From NCBI GenBank assembly GCA_013387215.1, contig WARW01000002.1, positions 3,659 through 67,658 of the forward strand: a stretch of 64,000 bases of DNA, given 5' to 3'. Position numbers and translations under genes: made by a program. The notes beneath the pieces were generated by a model. It made no database searches. It was not told the origin of the DNA and was given only the letters and a program-made list of their open reading frames with translations. This DNA is from Patescibacteria group bacterium. GTDB taxonomy: Bacteria; Patescibacteriota; Microgenomatia; UBA12405. Below are positions 53,792-62,945 of the stretch, one piece after another; position 1 is the first letter of the stretch, and every line of letters begins with the position of its first letter.

Positions 53792-55060
53792 ATGATCAAA
53801 TTGGTTGGCAATGTGAAACTAAAATATTTATGGAAGTATTTGCCTTTTTGGATGTTTTTAATGTTTTTTAAATTTGGTGCTTGCCTTCACTATAATTTAC
53901 TGTCGCCATTTGGTGAAAGAGTTTTGCCTGTTTGGATTGTGGGTTTGGTTATAGGAGCAGCCTCTTTAATGCAATTGTTATTTGATGTGCCGGCGGGATT
54001 TATTTTGGACAAATATGGCTATAAAAGATTTTTGAAAATAACAACATTAATTTTTATGGTGTCTATTTTAGTGTTACTTTGGAAACTTAATTTGTGGACT
54101 TATTTAATAACCGTTTTTTTGAGCTGTTTTGGCTGGCTTTTCTTTGGTCCCGGAGCAAATGCTTATGTGATTTCTCATGCACCTAAAAAACAAGCCGGAT
54201 GTTTTTTGTCTTTCAGAGATATGTTTGAATCAATGGGAGTGGTGTTGAGCAGCGCTATTTTTATTTTTACCTTATCTTTACCAGTGAGAATGGTGGGGGT
54301 GGTGATTTTGACATTATTAACGGCTACTTTTATTGCAATTAATTTTGCTCCTGAGGATGTCGGATTAGTTCATCAAAAAAAGAAATTAAAAACCCAAAAT
54401 TATTATATTAGGCGACAGTATCTAATAAAGGTAATTAAGGCAATATCGAGATTAAACCCTGCCAGTGTGATGCTTTTATTAACTGGTTTAACATCTTCGA
54501 TTTTTTATGCCTTAATCTGGTTTGTGGTGCCATTGATGCTGGCACATAACATGGTTCCAGGAGTGATGAGCTGGGCATTGGGAATATTTGATTTGGCGAT
54601 AGTTTTAATGGGGTTTATTTTGGGTAAAGTTGCCGATCGAGTAAATAAGAAAAAATTAGTTTTTATCGGCCTTTTGATGTTTTCGATTACAGGAATGATT
54701 TTAGGTTTTCATTTTGGAATAGTATTTTTACTGTTAGGGTTTTTGGCGACAACAGGGGATGAAATGTCGACAATTTCTTTGTGGCTTTGGCTAAATACTT
54801 TAGATAAAAACCATGACGAAGATGGTTTAGTGTCGGGAGTAATTAATTTGTTTCAAGATTTAGGATGGGCAATCGGTCCAGTTATGGCTGGATTTTTATA
54901 TTCTAATATTGGTCCAGAATGGACAATTGCGGCCGGGGGAATGTTGGTATTTTTGGTTTGGATTATTTATTGCCTTAAATTGGGTAAATCTCATAGTTAT
55001 TTTAGTTTAAGCTCGGAGTTTGTGGAGAATAAACCACATCGTTTTAGACATAAGAGGTAA
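53792..55060 (+). CDS. MFS transporter
   Basis: ~12 TM; GFILDKYGYKR and GKVADRVNKK motifs. Confidence 0.88.
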   Translation: MIKLVGNVKLKYLWKYLPFWMFLMFFKFGACLHYNLLSPFGERVLPVWIVGLVIGAASLMQLLFDVPAGFILDKYGYKRFLKITTLIFMVSILVLLWKLNLWTYLITVFLSCFGWLFFGPGANAYVISHAPKKQAGCFLSFRDMFESMGVVLSSAIFIFTLSLPVRMVGVVILTLLTATFIAINFAPEDVGLVHQKKKLKTQNYYIRRQYLIKVIKAISRLNPASVMLLLTGLTSSIFYALIWFVVPLMLAHNMVPGVMSWALGIFDLAIVLMGFILGKVADRVNKKKLVFIGLLMFSITGMILGFHFGIVFLLLGFLATTGDEMSTISLWLWLNTLDKNHDEDGLVSGVINLFQDLGWAIGPVMAGFLYSNIGPEWTIAAGGMLVFLVWIIYCLKLGKSHSYFSLSSEFVENKPHRFRHKR

Positions 55061-55105
55061 GTTACTTAAAATATCGGGGATGTTGTGAGATAATAAATTA
55101 CTTTT

Positions 55106-55188
55106 GCCGGAGTGGTGGAATGGTAGACACGCACGACTCAAAATCGTGTGATAGCGATATCGTGGGGGTTCAAGTCCCTCCTTCGGCA
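55106..55188 (+). tRNA. tRNA-Leu(CAA)
   Basis: GCCGGAGTGGTGGAATGGTAGACAC, anticodon arm CACGA-CTCAAAA-TCGTG, long variable arm. Confidence 0.95.
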
Positions 55189-55221
55189 CAAAAAAATAGA
55201 AAGTGGATGATAAAATAGGTT

Positions 55222-55896
55222 ATGAATTTGGCAATAATTAGAGTTTTGGGCATCATTTTATTTTTATATTTGATGTGGCGTAATTTGAAAGATAATTATC
55301 ATGAGAATGATTTGATTTCTTATTCTTGGGTTGCTCTTTTGAGTTTTTTTGCCGGCGGAAGATTGGTGTATGGATTAATTAATTGGGGAGTATGGAATAC
55401 TAATTGGACTGACTGGTTTGCCGTTTGGAATAAACCGGGTTTAAGTTTGATTGGTGCTTACTTAGCTGTTTTTGGAGTCACTTATTGGATATGCAGAAAT
55501 GAAGGCTGGAAATTGTGGTCATTTGCTGAAGATAGTTTAAATGTTTTTTTGGTGTTTTTTATCTTTTTGATTTTAGACGAATTTGTTAGGTCGGGATTTG
55601 ATTTGAGAACAGGCGTAAATATTTTAGTGGCAATAATTGCCTTTGCTGCCTCACTTTTCATTAAAACAAAATACCGATCATTCAGCTGGTACCGTAGTGG
55701 AAAAAAAGGTTTTGGATTTTTATTTATAAATTCTTTGATTTGTTTTATGCTCGCAGGTGTTTCTTTTTGGTTCAAAGACAGTATAATCTATACAGGATTG
55801 TACCTGTTAGGCGGGTTGATTTCTTTGGTTGGATTGTGTATCTTGGGAGAAGTCTTTGATGAATTAATGGTTAATTTAAAAAGGAATAAAAAATGA
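55222..55896 (+). CDS. Lgt-like membrane protein (divergent)
   Basis: GGRLVY...W..PGLS..GA resembles the Lgt N-half; near an lspA-like gene. Confidence 0.55.
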   Translation: MNLAIIRVLGIILFLYLMWRNLKDNYHENDLISYSWVALLSFFAGGRLVYGLINWGVWNTNWTDWFAVWNKPGLSLIGAYLAVFGVTYWICRNEGWKLWSFAEDSLNVFLVFFIFLILDEFVRSGFDLRTGVNILVAIIAFAASLFIKTKYRSFSWYRSGKKGFGFLFINSLICFMLAGVSFWFKDSIIYTGLYLLGGLISLVGLCILGEVFDELMVNLKRNKK

Positions 55897-56279
55897 CAGA
55901 GTCAAAATCAGCTAATAAAGGATTAAACTTCCCGGAAAAACTATTGAGTCCAATAAAAAACTTTTTAGAAAGCGAGTTGGTTAAATTAAAAAGACAAAAG
56001 AAAAATCTGAAGGAAGCAGATCCTTTTTCCGATGCCGGAAGAACGACCGAAAATTCCATTGAAGAAGATTTGGATGAACAAATCGGTCATTTTGATTCTG
56101 AAGTAAAGGTAAAATTTGTTAACCGACAGATCGTTCAATTAAGAAAAGCATTAACCAGAATGAAAATTGGAAAGTATGGAGTTTGCGAAAAATGTGGTGA
56201 AATGATTGATACTGATCGATTAGCTATTAGCCCTGAAGCCACAACTTGTGTTGAATGCAGTAAAGAAGACGAGAAATAA
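55893..56279 (+). CDS. TraR/DksA C4-type zinc finger protein
   Basis: AL.RM..GKYGVCEKCG..I..DRL...P.A..CVEC. Confidence 0.92.
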   Translation: MTESKSANKGLNFPEKLLSPIKNFLESELVKLKRQKKNLKEADPFSDAGRTTENSIEEDLDEQIGHFDSEVKVKFVNRQIVQLRKALTRMKIGKYGVCEKCGEMIDTDRLAISPEATTCVECSKEDEK

Positions 56280-56643
56280 GATTGGATTTTTGGCAGGGTT
56301 TTCGATAGCCACCTTTGCGGTCCATGAGTTAATCTCAATTTTTGAGAGAAATTTGATATCCAATACAGGGGTTAGCTTTGGTCAAGAATTTCCATTTTTG
56401 CTTGTAATTACGGGTATATTTGCTGCAATGTGTGTGTTTTTATATATGAGACATGGAAGTTGGGGACTTATGTTGGTGGTAAGCGGCGGGTTGGTTAATT
56501 TCAGCGATAGATTGAGGTTTAATTTTGTCCGCGATTATTGGAATTTTTTTGGAAGCGGAATTTATAATAATATTAATGATTGGATTATTGGTCTGGGGGT
56601 TATATTATTTTTAATAGAAACGATATGGAAAAAGTCAAAATAA
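56248..56643 (+). CDS. lspA: Signal peptidase II-like protein (short)
   Basis: NTGVSFG, GG..N..DRL...VRDY, NIND; precedes an rluA-family gene. Confidence 0.75.
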   Translation: MLNAVKKTRNKIGFLAGFSIATFAVHELISIFERNLISNTGVSFGQEFPFLLVITGIFAAMCVFLYMRHGSWGLMLVVSGGLVNFSDRLRFNFVRDYWNFFGSGIYNNINDWIIGLGVILFLIETIWKKSK

Positions 56644-57296
56644 TTTTTGAAGATGAATATTTGATGCTTTTGGAAAAGCCGGCTTTTATGGTGACAACTA
56701 AGGAAAAACCAAACGAGAAAAATACTTTAGAAGATTATTTAAGAGAAAATAGAAATAATAAATTAGCAAGAAATGGAATCGTTCATAGACTGGATAAGGG
56801 GACTTCAGGTTTAGTTTTGGCGGCTAAAACAGAAGATGTGCTTTTAAATCTAAAAAAACAATTTAAAAGCAGAACGATTAAAAAAAAGTATTATTGCTTA
56901 GTGTGTGGAGACGTTTCATTTGAAGGGGTAATTGAAGTGCCAATCGGCAGATCAAAATATAGTTTCGGTAAATTTGCGGTGAATGTTGATGGCAAGGATT
57001 CCAGAACCGAATTTAAATTAATTTCGAAATATAAAAAGAATAATAAAATTTATAGTCTTTTAGATATTGACCTTAAAACAGGTAGAACTCATCAAATTAG
57101 AGTTCATTTATCGTATTTAAGGTGGCCATTGGTGGGCGATAAACAGTATGGCGGGGAAACAAACGATTTAAACAGACCGTTTTTGCATTCTCATCGAATC
57201 TGTTTTATTCATCCAGTGAACAAAAAAGAAATGATGTTTGAGTCAGGTTTACCTTTAGATTTACAAACTGTTTTGGATACCTATGAGAAGATCTAA
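56625..57296 (+). CDS. RluA-family pseudouridine synthase
   Basis: HRLDKGTSG, TGRTHQIRVH, GDKQYG. Confidence 0.95.
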   Translation: MEKVKIIFEDEYLMLLEKPAFMVTTKEKPNEKNTLEDYLRENRNNKLARNGIVHRLDKGTSGLVLAAKTEDVLLNLKKQFKSRTIKKKYYCLVCGDVSFEGVIEVPIGRSKYSFGKFAVNVDGKDSRTEFKLISKYKKNNKIYSLLDIDLKTGRTHQIRVHLSYLRWPLVGDKQYGGETNDLNRPFLHSHRICFIHPVNKKEMMFESGLPLDLQTVLDTYEKI

Positions 57297-58143
57297 GTTT
57301 GTTAAACCAGAAAAAAACCTGCAAAGAAAACTTCTTTTGGTATTAGCAATATTGCTTGTATTGGCTGTTTTTGTTTTTTATGTCAGAAGTGATCTCAAGA
57401 AGGGGAATAATGATTATAAAATTGCTTTGGTAAGCAACAATAAGCTGGAAATGATTTCAATATCGCCGGAAAGGAAAATGATTAATGTGCTTAGGGTTGA
57501 TGGAAACGTGCCGGTGTGGATCCCAAATGGTCCGGGATGGTATCGAATTAATCAAATGGAAAAGATACTAAATCGAAATTCAAAAAATACTAAAGATTTA
57601 TTTTTTTATAATTTTGGTTTTGTGCCTGACAGGGAAATATTTTCAGAAAATGAAAATGCTTGGAAAAACGCTTCAGAATTGATTGGGGATTTGGGTTTAG
57701 TTAATTGGATTAGTTTTAAATTCAATCAAGACTCAATGCTTTTAAAAGATGAAGAAATTAAGGATGATCTGAATAAAAGTGCGACAGTACTAGATGAACT
57801 AATGCCGAGAGATTTTTCAGATAATCGGGTGCTTAATGATGATTTAAGTTTGTCTGTTTTTAATGCTACCGGCGAGAGCGGACTGGCTAATTTTATTGGA
57901 AAAAGACTAGAATGGGCGGGATATTCCATAGTCTCAAGCGATAGCACTAGCGATAAAATCGATGGCTGTGCGATTAATTATGGTCCAAAATCAGATTTGA
58001 ATTATGCTTTTAAACTTTTAGATAAAGTTTTTGATTGCAAAAAAAATTATGATGATAATTTGAATGAAAACGAAGCGGAACTATATTTTGGTGAGAACTA
58101 TGTTTCAATGGTAAAATACTCTAGTTATCAACAGAACAATTAG
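57283..58143 (+). CDS. Membrane-anchored protein with LytR C-terminal domain
   Basis: N-terminal TM; V.NATG..GLA......L...GY pattern. Confidence 0.75.
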   Translation: MRRSKFVKPEKNLQRKLLLVLAILLVLAVFVFYVRSDLKKGNNDYKIALVSNNKLEMISISPERKMINVLRVDGNVPVWIPNGPGWYRINQMEKILNRNSKNTKDLFFYNFGFVPDREIFSENENAWKNASELIGDLGLVNWISFKFNQDSMLLKDEEIKDDLNKSATVLDELMPRDFSDNRVLNDDLSLSVFNATGESGLANFIGKRLEWAGYSIVSSDSTSDKIDGCAINYGPKSDLNYAFKLLDKVFDCKKNYDDNLNENEAELYFGENYVSMVKYSSYQQNN

Positions 58144-58146
58144 TCT

Positions 58147-58860
58147 ATGTCAGGTCATTCAAAGTGGGCAAATATCAAAAATAGAAAAGGTGCCCAAGAT
58201 AAAAAACGAAGTGAAGCTTTTACAAAAATGTCAAAAAATATTTTGACAGCTATTAGAATGGGAGGCGGGAATACTAATCCAGAGTCTAATTTAAGCTTGA
58301 AGACAGCCATAGATAAGGCAAAAGAAGTTAGCATGCCAAAAGAGAATATTGAAAGACTTCTGCAAAGATTTGAAGACAGAAAAGCAAATTTAGTTAATTT
58401 TAATATTGAAGGTTATGGACCTTTTGGGGTGCCGATTGTGGTGGAAGTTGAATCGGATAATAAAAACCGAATCTTAACTGAAATCAAGATGATTTTTAGA
58501 GATTACGAGGTGAGTGTCGGAGAAATGAACTCGGTGATGTTCCAGTTTAAAAAAGTTGGAGAAGTGGAATTTGAAGAAATTCCTGAAGATAAAGAATTGG
58601 ATTTAATCGATGCCGGCGCGGAAGATTTTGAAGGAAACGTGGCCATTGTTGATGCCACTAATTTGAATTCCTTTGTTCAAAAAGCAAATGAAACGGGATT
58701 AAATGTGGTCAGATCAGAAACTCTCTTAAGAGCAATCAATCCAATTATGCTTGGAAGTGAAGAAGAGGTGGGTAAGATCATGGATTTGGTGGATGCATTG
58801 GAAGAAAATGATGATGTTATAAATGTGTCTGCAGGATTTGATTATGCCCAAAAGATTTAA
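58147..58860 (+). CDS. YebC/PmpR family protein
   Basis: MSGHSKWANIK.RK, EGYGP.G, DNKNR. Confidence 0.95.
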   Translation: MSGHSKWANIKNRKGAQDKKRSEAFTKMSKNILTAIRMGGGNTNPESNLSLKTAIDKAKEVSMPKENIERLLQRFEDRKANLVNFNIEGYGPFGVPIVVEVESDNKNRILTEIKMIFRDYEVSVGEMNSVMFQFKKVGEVEFEEIPEDKELDLIDAGAEDFEGNVAIVDATNLNSFVQKANETGLNVVRSETLLRAINPIMLGSEEEVGKIMDLVDALEENDDVINVSAGFDYAQKI

Positions 58861-59629
58861 GTATCTTATCTCTTCCATATTTTCGACCATTGGTTTTTTC
58901 TTCTTTTTATCGCTGCCTTACGAATCCCATTATTACGGACTTTTAGTGGGAATTGTTTTGATAATTTTTTGTTTTTGGTTTGGATTGGGGATTATTTTTG
59001 AAAAAAGTTTGTATGTGAGAATAATGTCGATAATTTTGCCAGTAGGATTTTTTGTGGGATTTGGTTTGTTTGCGGCTTTATTGCCAACCAATTTATTCGT
59101 CGAATCTTTGATCAGTTTGTTTTTTGGAATAGTGGCCTACATTATATTTTTGGTGGAAAACGTGTTTTTGGTGTCGATTGGTTTTAGAACTCCGCCTTTG
59201 TACCGGGCAGCTTACACAGTGAGTTTAATGATTCTTCTTTTGACCTCATTTTTCTTGTTTGACAGCTTATATTCGTTTAAATTTTATTATTGGATCAACA
59301 GCCTTTTGGTGTTTTTAATTTCAACTTTAGTCTTTTTATATTCCTATTATAGTGTGACGATTGAACTTCCCGATGATGGTAAAAATAAAGATATTAATGC
59401 TTATGTCTTGGTCCCATCTTTGTTAATGGCCCAACTTTCCTTGGTATTTTCTTTTTGGCCACTAGGAATTTTTAAGGGTTCAATTTATTTGGTGTCAGTG
59501 ATTTATATATTATCAAGTCTTTTGCATTTTGATTTGCGGGAAAGACTTTTCAAAAGAACCTGGCTGACTTTTACCTGGATTGGAGTAGCAGTATTTTTAG
59601 CAATGATTTTAGCCACTAACTGGCGCTGA
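58844..59629 (+). CDS. Multi-pass membrane hypothetical protein
   Basis: ~9 hydrophobic helices. Confidence 0.75.
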   Translation: MPKRFKYLISSIFSTIGFFFFLSLPYESHYYGLLVGIVLIIFCFWFGLGIIFEKSLYVRIMSIILPVGFFVGFGLFAALLPTNLFVESLISLFFGIVAYIIFLVENVFLVSIGFRTPPLYRAAYTVSLMILLLTSFFLFDSLYSFKFYYWINSLLVFLISTLVFLYSYYSVTIELPDDGKNKDINAYVLVPSLLMAQLSLVFSFWPLGIFKGSIYLVSVIYILSSLLHFDLRERLFKRTWLTFTWIGVAVFLAMILATNWR

Positions 59630-60619
59630 GGCTTGGATTGAAGTTATTGCCACAGTGGCGACAATATCATCTACATTACAACCACGAGATAAATCGTTGA
59701 TTGGTTTATTTAACCCTTGAGTGATTGGTCCAAAAGCTTCAGCGTTACCAAGTCGTTGAACGAGTTTATAGCCGATGTTACCGCTGTTAAGATCGGGAAA
59801 AACTAAAATATTGGCATCACCTTTGAGCTTTCCATCTGGATGTTTTTGAGCGCCGACATGGGGCACTAAAGCCGCATCAGCCTGGAGTTCACCTTCAATC
59901 AATAATTCGGGACGAAGATCTTTAACCAAAAGAGTGGCATTTTTGACTTTATCAACCGACTCGCCACTACCGCTGCCATTGGTGGAAAAAGACAACATGG
60001 CAACTTTAGGTTCACAATCAGTAAGAAATTTGAAAGAATCGGCAGTTTGGGTGGCAATATTGGCTAGCTCCGTATCGTTTGGATTAACATTCAAACCACA
60101 ATCAGCAAAAAACAAGACTCCGTTTTCACCATATTGAGTATTTGGGGAAATTATGGCAAAAAATGAAGAAACAATATTATTATTGGGAGCAGTTTTTATT
60201 ATTTGAAGTGCTGGCCTTAAGACATCAGCAGTGGGGCAATTGGCACCGCCCACTAAACCATCTGCCATACCAGTTTTAACAAGCATAGTTCCAAAATAGA
60301 GAGGTGATTTTAATAGTTCACCGGCTTTCTCAAGAGTTAGACCTTTTTCCTTTCTAAGTTCGTATAGGTCTTGGATAAGTTTTTCACTGTACTCGTTATT
60401 GTTTGGATCGATGATTTCAGTTTGGCTTAGATCTAAGTTCAAATTAGAAGCCATATTTTTGACTTCTTCTGGATAAGCTATGATGGTAATATTGGCAATT
60501 TTTTGAGATGTAAGTATGGAAGCTGCTTGAATGACTCGAGGATCGTTTCCGTCGGCAAGAATTATTTTTTTTGGGTTGGCCTTAGCTTTTGCCAGGATGT
60601 TTTGGGTAAATTGGTTCAT
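59609..60619 (-). CDS. pta: Phosphate acetyltransferase
   Basis: FADCG, VAMLSFST, GELQADAA, FPDLNSGNIGYK, PINDLSRG. Confidence 0.96.
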   Translation of the reverse strand: MNQFTQNILAKAKANPKKIILADGNDPRVIQAASILTSQKIANITIIAYPEEVKNMASNLNLDLSQTEIIDPNNNEYSEKLIQDLYELRKEKGLTLEKAGELLKSPLYFGTMLVKTGMADGLVGGANCPTADVLRPALQIIKTAPNNNIVSSFFAIISPNTQYGENGVLFFADCGLNVNPNDTELANIATQTADSFKFLTDCEPKVAMLSFSTNGSGSGESVDKVKNATLLVKDLRPELLIEGELQADAALVPHVGAQKHPDGKLKGDANILVFPDLNSGNIGYKLVQRLGNAEAFGPITQGLNKPINDLSRGCNVDDIVATVAITSIQASAPVSG

Positions 60620-61151
60620 ACGTCTATCCATGTATTGTAAACTAGGGCTATCTTATTGTGAATATATATAAATTATGCCTTACTTTAGGATAAATATTAC
60701 GTTTTTATTGAAAATAGGGTAGTGGAGGGAACTATTCTAGGTAAAGGGTGGCTTTGAAACTAACTTCATATAGTTTAGCTAGGCAGATTTTTGGTGTTTA
60801 TATAAGTAAGTTTAGGTTCAAATTTATAAGCAAGTACGGTAAAAAATAACAGGGTAGCAGAGAAGTAGGGAAGTGCTAAGTCCTATAATGTAAGACCTAT
60901 AATATTAAAATAAGCATATATTTTCACGACATGTCCTATAATTTTCACGAAATTGATGATACACAATGATATAGTCTGTGTGGATAAGTCAAAATCCACT
61001 AACTATATCATCGGAGAGTGGTCTCTTTGAGAGAAGAGAGGCCTATTTGATGGGATATCAAAAGTATAAAAGAAATATATTAGTGCAAATTAGACATGGT
61101 GATGAAAGAATATATACCTTACTCTCCTGGTGGGAGAAGCGTCTTTATGGT

Positions 61152-61179
61152 ATGTCGCACAATGTATCTTTTGCGACAT
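61152..61179. other. Putative dif site (symmetric 11-6-11 Xer recombination site)
   Basis: ATGTCGCACAA-TGTATC-TTTTGCGACAT; spacer resembles E. coli dif TGTATA; ~500 bp upstream of the xer gene. Confidence 0.7.
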
Positions 61180-61682
61180 TAAGTAAAATACAAACGGAGG
61201 GGAGTAGTGATTTTGACAAATTTATAAAATAATAATTACGCTAATTTATTTCTTATAAATATTATTTTGGTAAAAGATTTGCTAATAAATCCTTATTTAC
61301 TCTCTTAAGCCAGCCGACCCTTCAAAAATTTTTTCAGCTTCAAATTTAATAATTGACTCCCCTCAACTGATTTTAGGTAGGGAACTTGCAAAATTAGTGG
61401 AAATATAGGAAAACTATCTTGACGACTCCCCTATGGCTGTTTTCTATTTTTTGGGCAGGGTAGTTAGGCTACATATAAAATATACATGATAAAACAGAGA
61501 TTGTGCCTAAAAATCGGTAAAATGAAGCTAAGACATCACCAGAGCCCTTTAAACAAACGATTGTTAATTAGGACTTGTACTTTTAAGTCGAAAAATAATT
61601 TTTGAAGTGAGGATTTGCCAGTTTTAGGCAAAATATAAAAATTCATGTCGCAAAATATAGTTAGCTGTTGCTAAAATGGATT

Positions 61683-62624
61683 ATGGAAAACGATTTGAAT
61701 GTGGCGGTACGCCGATTTTTGGAACATTTGGAAATCGAGAAAAACTGTTCAAAATTAACAGTGAGAAATTACGAACATTATTTAAATGTTTTAATAGATT
61801 TTTTGAGTTTAGGAAATTCTGAAGTTAAACCAAAACTTGAAGATTTGACCGCGGACAAAATAAGAAGTTTCAGATTATATTTATCAAGACAAAAAGGTAC
61901 GAATGGTGAAATGAAGTTAGTGACTCAGGGGTATTACGTGATCGCCATTCGTTCATTTTTAAAATGGCTAATAAAAAACGACGTTCAAGTAATGCAACCA
62001 GAAAAGTTGGATGTTCCAAAGACCAAAGATCATTCATTAAAGTTTTTGGACAGTCAGCAGATTGATAGACTTCTAAACCAGCCTTTACTTTCAGACAAGA
62101 ACGGGCTTCGTGATAAGGTGATTTTGGAATTGTTGTTTTCCACAGGCCTACGTGTGTCGGAGTTGGTGTCTTTGAATAGAAATCAAATTAATTTGCACAC
62201 CCGAGAATTTGGAGTAATTGGAAAAGGTGGCCGGTCGAGATTGGTTTTTATTTCTACCACAGCAGCTGGTTATTTGGATCGTTATTTGAAAGCCCGTTCC
62301 GATCAATATAAACCACTTTTTATTCGAACTCTAAAATCTACAGATATAATTTCGGATGATGAAAAAGTGAGACTGACTTCCCGCTCGATTCAAAGATTAG
62401 TCAAAAGATATGTTCATCAAGCGAGGTTGCCAGTTGAAGCGACTCCACATACCCTTAGACATTCGATGGCTACTGACCTTTTGCGGTCTGGTGCCGATTT
62501 AAGATCGGTGCAGGAAATTTTGGGTCATAAAAATATTGCCACGACTCAAATATATACTCACGTTACCGATGCCCGCTTAAGAGAAGTTCATGAGAAGTTC
62601 CATAGTGGTAATAAAAAGACATGA
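61683..62624 (+). CDS. XerC/XerD-family tyrosine recombinase
   Basis: TGLRVSEL, GKGG, HTLRHS, LGH, TTQIYT catalytic set; N-terminal SAM-like domain. Confidence 0.93.
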   Translation: MENDLNVAVRRFLEHLEIEKNCSKLTVRNYEHYLNVLIDFLSLGNSEVKPKLEDLTADKIRSFRLYLSRQKGTNGEMKLVTQGYYVIAIRSFLKWLIKNDVQVMQPEKLDVPKTKDHSLKFLDSQQIDRLLNQPLLSDKNGLRDKVILELLFSTGLRVSELVSLNRNQINLHTREFGVIGKGGRSRLVFISTTAAGYLDRYLKARSDQYKPLFIRTLKSTDIISDDEKVRLTSRSIQRLVKRYVHQARLPVEATPHTLRHSMATDLLRSGADLRSVQEILGHKNIATTQIYTHVTDARLREVHEKFHSGNKKT

Positions 62625-62904
62625 GTAAAATATGTGTATTTATGGTGTCCTATAGTGGAAGGCTTTAGAGAAATAGGTGATGAGTAACAGATATGTCACC
62701 TATCATGAAGATACCCCATTAACTTATGTCCTATCTTAAGGGGTTAACTAAAAATTGAAGCTAATTAGCACTACCCTATTTTGTTTGCTAATTCACATAT
62801 TCGATTTGATGCTGTCTTATAGTATTGGATATATCCCCCACTCTTCTGAAAAATTTCGAATTTGCGGTTTTATATATCAATTTTTTATATAATTTTGATA
62901 CTAA

Positions 62905-62935
62905 AAATGCCAGGTATTTTGATTGCCTGGCATTT
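62905..62935. terminator. Hairpin terminator downstream of gyrA
   Basis: AAATGCCAGGTA...TGCCTGGCATTT. Confidence 0.65.
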
Positions 62936-62945
62936 AATTTAGTCA

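Noticed and set aside
55007-55189. 60-aa ORF
   Set aside because: Antisense to tRNA-Leu.
60979-60987. Perfect DnaA box (TGTGGATAA) suggesting oriC near gyrA
   Set aside because: Only one perfect box was seen, there is no dnaA/dnaN nearby, and gene convergence plus apparent skew direction fit a terminus better.
60978-61232. 84-aa ORF in the pta-xer gap
   Set aside because: No SD or recognisable family, and it spans the dif-like site; probably non-coding.
61683-62624. Tyrosine recombinase as a prophage or integron integrase
   Set aside because: Size and motifs fit a chromosomal Xer; no phage genes or adjacent cassette array.
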